Source: Somniosus microcephalus
Taxonomy: Eukaryota
DNA length: 64,000 bases
Direction: 5' to 3'
Assembly (NCBI GenBank): GCA_052327205.1
Contig: CM126213.1
Span: 27,652,001-27,716,000 of the forward strand
Under the pieces are notes generated by a model. It made no database searches. It was given only the letters and a program-made list of their open reading frames with translations, and had not been told where the DNA came from. Position numbers and translations under genes: made by a program. Below are positions 60,298 to 64,000 of the stretch, in pieces; position 1 is the first letter of the stretch; the number at the start of each line of letters is the position of its first letter.

Positions 60298-62536
60298 GGG
60301 CCAATACTTCTTTTGAAGTGATTTGGCATTTACATTCCTGAAAGGCACGCTTACACTCATCACTCCATTTCCATGTTACACCAGTTTGAAGGAGGGCGTT
60401 CAGTGGGTGCAGAATTGTAGATAAATTCGGCAAGAACTTATGGTAGTAGTTCACCAACCCGAGGAACGACCTCAGTTGCGACACATTTTCTGGTGCTGGA
60501 GCCTTGACTACAGCCTCAATCTTGTCCGGCGACTTATGCAACCCTTCCTCATCAATCATGTGGCCACAATACGAGATTTGTCTCCTGAAGAACTCGCATT
60601 TGGGACGGTTGGCTCGTAGCCCATATTCCTGCAATCTCGTGAGCACCTGTTCCAGGTTGGCAAGGTGTTCATTGTCATTTTCGCCCGTAACCAGGATGTC
60701 GTCCAAATAACACCGGGTCCCCGGGATCCCTTGCAGGACTTGTTCCATTGCCCTCTGCCACATAGCCGGGGCCGATGCTACCCCAAATACCAGTCGATTG
60801 TACTGGTAAAGGCCTTTGTGAGTGTTTACCGTGAGGTATTTCCTAGATGCTTCTTCCACCTCCATTTGTAGATACGCTTGAGCCAGGTCAATCTTTGTAA
60901 AACGTTTCCCTCCAGATAGTGAGGCGAAAATATCTTCTATCCGCGGAAGCGGATACTGTACTGTGTGCAGGACTGGGTTCACAGTCACCTTGAAGTCCCC
61001 ACAAATGCGAACCTTCCTGGGCTCCCCAGGCGTGCTGCTCACTGCTTTCTTCATTACAGGAACGATGGGTGTGGCCCACTTGCTCCAGTCCACCTTAGAC
61101 AGCACCCCCGAACGCTCCAGACTCTCCAGTTCAGCTTCCACAGCTGGGCGTATCGCGTATGGCACCGGTCTGGCCTTGAAAAATTTTGGGGTTGCGTTAT
61201 CCTCAATCTTTATGGTTGCCTTTACTCCTTTTAGAGTCCCAAGTCCTTGTTGGAAAACCTCTTCCGCGTCAGATAGAATTTGTGACAGACGTCCAGGTGC
61301 GACGTCATCATCTTTTTTGTCAGTCACAGTTAGTGCCAGAATGGAATGCCAATCCAATTGTAGTCTTCGGATCCATTCACATCCCAATAATGGTGGTCCT
61401 CCATCTCGTAGTATATACATGTATAGTTTCTGTGTTTCCTTTCCGTTATATTCAACTGGCACGCTTATTTTTCCTCTGGGGTAAACCTTTTGCCCCGTGT
61501 ATGTCTTCAATACAATGGACGTGTCCTTTAAGGGTATGTGTGAGAATAGCCGCTCATAGTCTCGTCGATTCATGACAGTTAGGGCTGATCCTGTGTCCAA
61601 TTCCATCTTCACTGGGGACCCTGCTATCATGAGGGTGACCCAAATGGTTCGGTGATCTTCTTTTGTGATCACGTTGTGTAATTTTAAACAACTTAGTCGC
61701 CTGCTCCCGGAGTCCTTATCACTCTCCTGATCTTCGGAACTACTATCTGTCAGTTTCTTTACTTTCCTGTACTGTTCCTTAGTAGTTCTTGTCATGTTGG
61801 TCTTCTTTCCCGACCTGCAGACTCTTGCTATATGTCCCATTTTCCCGCATTGCCTGCATATTTTGTCTTTAAACCAGCAGTCCTTCTGCTCATGTGTTGT
61901 TCTGCCGCAGCGATAGCACTTTTTGGCTCCATACACCATTTCGTTAGTGCTGTATTCTTGTGGTTTCTGTTGTATTTCCGCAGCTCCCTGTGCTGCTGCT
62001 TCATAGGATACTGCCACGCTGAAAGCCTGTTCTAGCGTCAGGTCCTTTTTTGAAAGTAGTCGTTCCTGGGTTCCTTCACTCTGGAGCCCGCAGACAAACT
62101 TATCCCGTAAGGTGTCTGCCAGTCCTGCTCCGAACTGGCAGTGCTTCGATAACTTGCGTAGTTCCGTAAGATAGTCAGCATTGCTCTCATCTTTGTGCTG
62201 GTTTCTTTTATGGAACTTGAATCTTTCTGCTATCAGCAGTGGTGTAGGGCTTAGGTGTTCCTGTAAGATATGAACAATCTCCTCAAAACTTTTCTCCATT
62301 GGTTTAGCTGGGGTAATTAAATTCCGCAATAGGCCGTACGTGCTCGCACCCATCAGATTTAATAATACCGACGCCCTCTTTCCATCAGCCACCTCATTTG
62401 CCTTGCAGTACACTTCGATTCTTTCTACATACGTGGTCCAGTCTTCTACCTCGTTGTCGAAAGCAGTGATACTGCCACTTTTCGGCATCTTGGGCGATTT
62501 AAAATGGCGCCTCCCGCGCTTTTGCTTCTTCCCCAA
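60298..62536 (-). pseudogene. gag-pro-RT of element A, truncated by the insertion of B
   Basis: Single open frame with two knuckles, LDTGS and YLDD; the last ~69 aa of the predicted ORF are read-through into B's LTR. Confidence 0.9.
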
Positions 62537-63193
62537 CGGGATAAAATGGCGCCTCCCGCGCTTTTGCTTCTTCCCCTTACTGCCACGCTGCTCCTAGCGT
62601 TCTACGGGGTAATGGCGGCGACCCGCAGCTTCGGCGCGTCTCGCTTTCCTTCCCCCCCATTTGGTTTCTCTCCGCTGTCCTGTTCTCGAGCACTGACCGC
62701 GCCCTGTGCGCTCCACCCTCTCTCTCTTGTTTTCTTTTCCCGGCGACGCTGCGCGGCCCGTTTCGTAGAGCCGCTCGATCGAGCTTGAGCCCGCCGCAGT
62801 CCGGAAGGGTCAGCGCGCTACCTGCTACCAGCACGATTCGCTGGAACCACAGTCTCTCCCACAATTCTCCAAACACCGATGGATTCTTTGGGCGGTTGCC
62901 CTCGGTCGACGCCCGTTGCTCAGACTACGACCTTCCAGGACCTTCCTTTCAGGCGAGATCCCCGTGAGATGATGCCACACTGCAGGTGAGTTCGAACTTA
63001 CTCGTCGCCACTGTAAAGTCCGCGCCTCAATAATACACGGACTTCGGGAGAACAGTTTAACAGGTACTTTACTGAACAGGAGGCAGCTTGAAACTGAAAC
63101 TACAGAAGCCTGCTAGGGCCTTTTATACAGGGGTGGTCACTGCCGGTACTGCAGTCTAACACCAGTTATTCCCTTAAAGGTACATACACAACA

Positions 63194-63279
63194 AGGAGGA
63201 CACTCCATAATCCCTCACGGTTGACAGTGTCGAAGGCCTTTGTGAGGTCAAAGAAGGCCATGTACAGCGGTTGGTGCTG
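63194..63279 (-). mobile_element. 5' remnant of the interrupted RTE
   Basis: Reverse complement of about 27115-27202 (QHQPLYMAFFDLTKAFDTVNREGLWSVL). Confidence 0.9.
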
Positions 63280-63625
63280 TAATATGGCATAGCTCACAAA
63301 ATCCCCATGTAGGTGAAAGCCTACAACTTCTTATAAAATATACTTCACCTTGAAAACAGGCCTTTTCTTCATTTCCCGCAGGTGCAACATTTAGTCATAA
63401 AGTTAAGTGTCCCCTTTTATCGCCATAACAAACCTTTCTACTTTGCAGGAAAGTTTAATAAAGTTGGACTGGATGAACACAACCACTGCTGACAAAATTC
63501 ATTTCAGTTATTGTATTTTGCCTTAAGCAAAAAAAAAACTAAAACAGAATGAAAACAGCAGCCGTGTTTCTGGAGGTCGAGGCGATATCGGAGAAGAAAG
63601 CTTTAGACCCTGGAGCACAGGGTTG

Positions 63626-63697
63626 AATCAAATCAAATCAAATCAAATCAACTTTTATTGTCATTGTTAGTGCACAAGTGCAGTACAACGAAACGAA
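63626..63697 (-). mobile_element. Short LINE-type 3' tail (possibly Rex1/Babar)
   Basis: (AATCA)n followed by TTTATTGTCATT, i.e. AATAAA plus a (TTTGA)n tail on the minus strand. Confidence 0.4.
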
Positions 63698-64000
63698 GAA
63701 CATTCTTATGGAGCTCACCAGCGAGTACAAATATAAATCTACCTGGTCAGTAGCTAGAAGGGAGGTGCCAGTACAGTGGGCAAATTCTAATGGCTTGATT
63801 ATTGGTTTGCTGAATCTGGGCCTGTTTCATACATGTTATTAGATCCCATTGTCCACATTCACACATCTTCATCTAGTCCACAATACCCCTTCCTCTATTA
63901 TCAGCTGAATGTCAATATTCCAATCCATTTATGTGTTATCGACTGGTTTTTTATGCTCTCCAAGGATTTGAACACTTCTTCTGAGAAAATCTAAAAACAA

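Larger units (their letters stand above)
53189..63193 (-). mobile_element. Ty3/Gypsy LTR retrotransposon, Mag-like (outer element A)
   Basis: 182-bp LTRs at 53189-53370 and 63012-63193 (6 mismatches), 5-bp TSD AGGAG inside the RTE, PBS TGGCGACGAG (tRNA-Ser GCT), PPT AAAAGGGGAGGAA; gag-pol 62536-60298 resumes at 55222 (EVLA|HYNP). Confidence 0.95.

Overview
This is vertebrate genomic DNA, almost certainly a shark or other elasmobranch, judged from HE1-type V-SINE, SacSINE1/DeuSINE-like SINEs, CR1 LINEs and Penelope-like elements. It is not prokaryotic and there is no CRISPR array. The only host coding sequence I can support is the last coding exon of a SYNDIG1-family (CD225/dispanin) gene, best match SYNDIG1L, on the minus strand at 10276-10434; the ORF track missed it. 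No upstream exon was recognised, so most of 10435-64000 is probably one intron of more than 53 kb filled with transposons. These include five Ty3/Gypsy LTR elements with resolvable LTRs, TSDs and PPTs (tRNA PBS in four), two multi-level nests, a full-length CR1 with intact ORF2, RTE, L2 and Zenon-like LINEs, Harbinger-like MITEs, two minisatellites and a 201-N gap. The strongest oddities are a young Gypsy element with no tRNA PBS whose PBS position is a perfect 14-nt complement of its own LTR poly(A)-signal region (candidate self-priming or poly(A) occlusion), an RTE with a 187-bp target-site duplication, and hammerhead-ribozyme motifs in Penelope tails. Coordinates and mismatch counts were done by eye; boundaries of old repeats are approximate.
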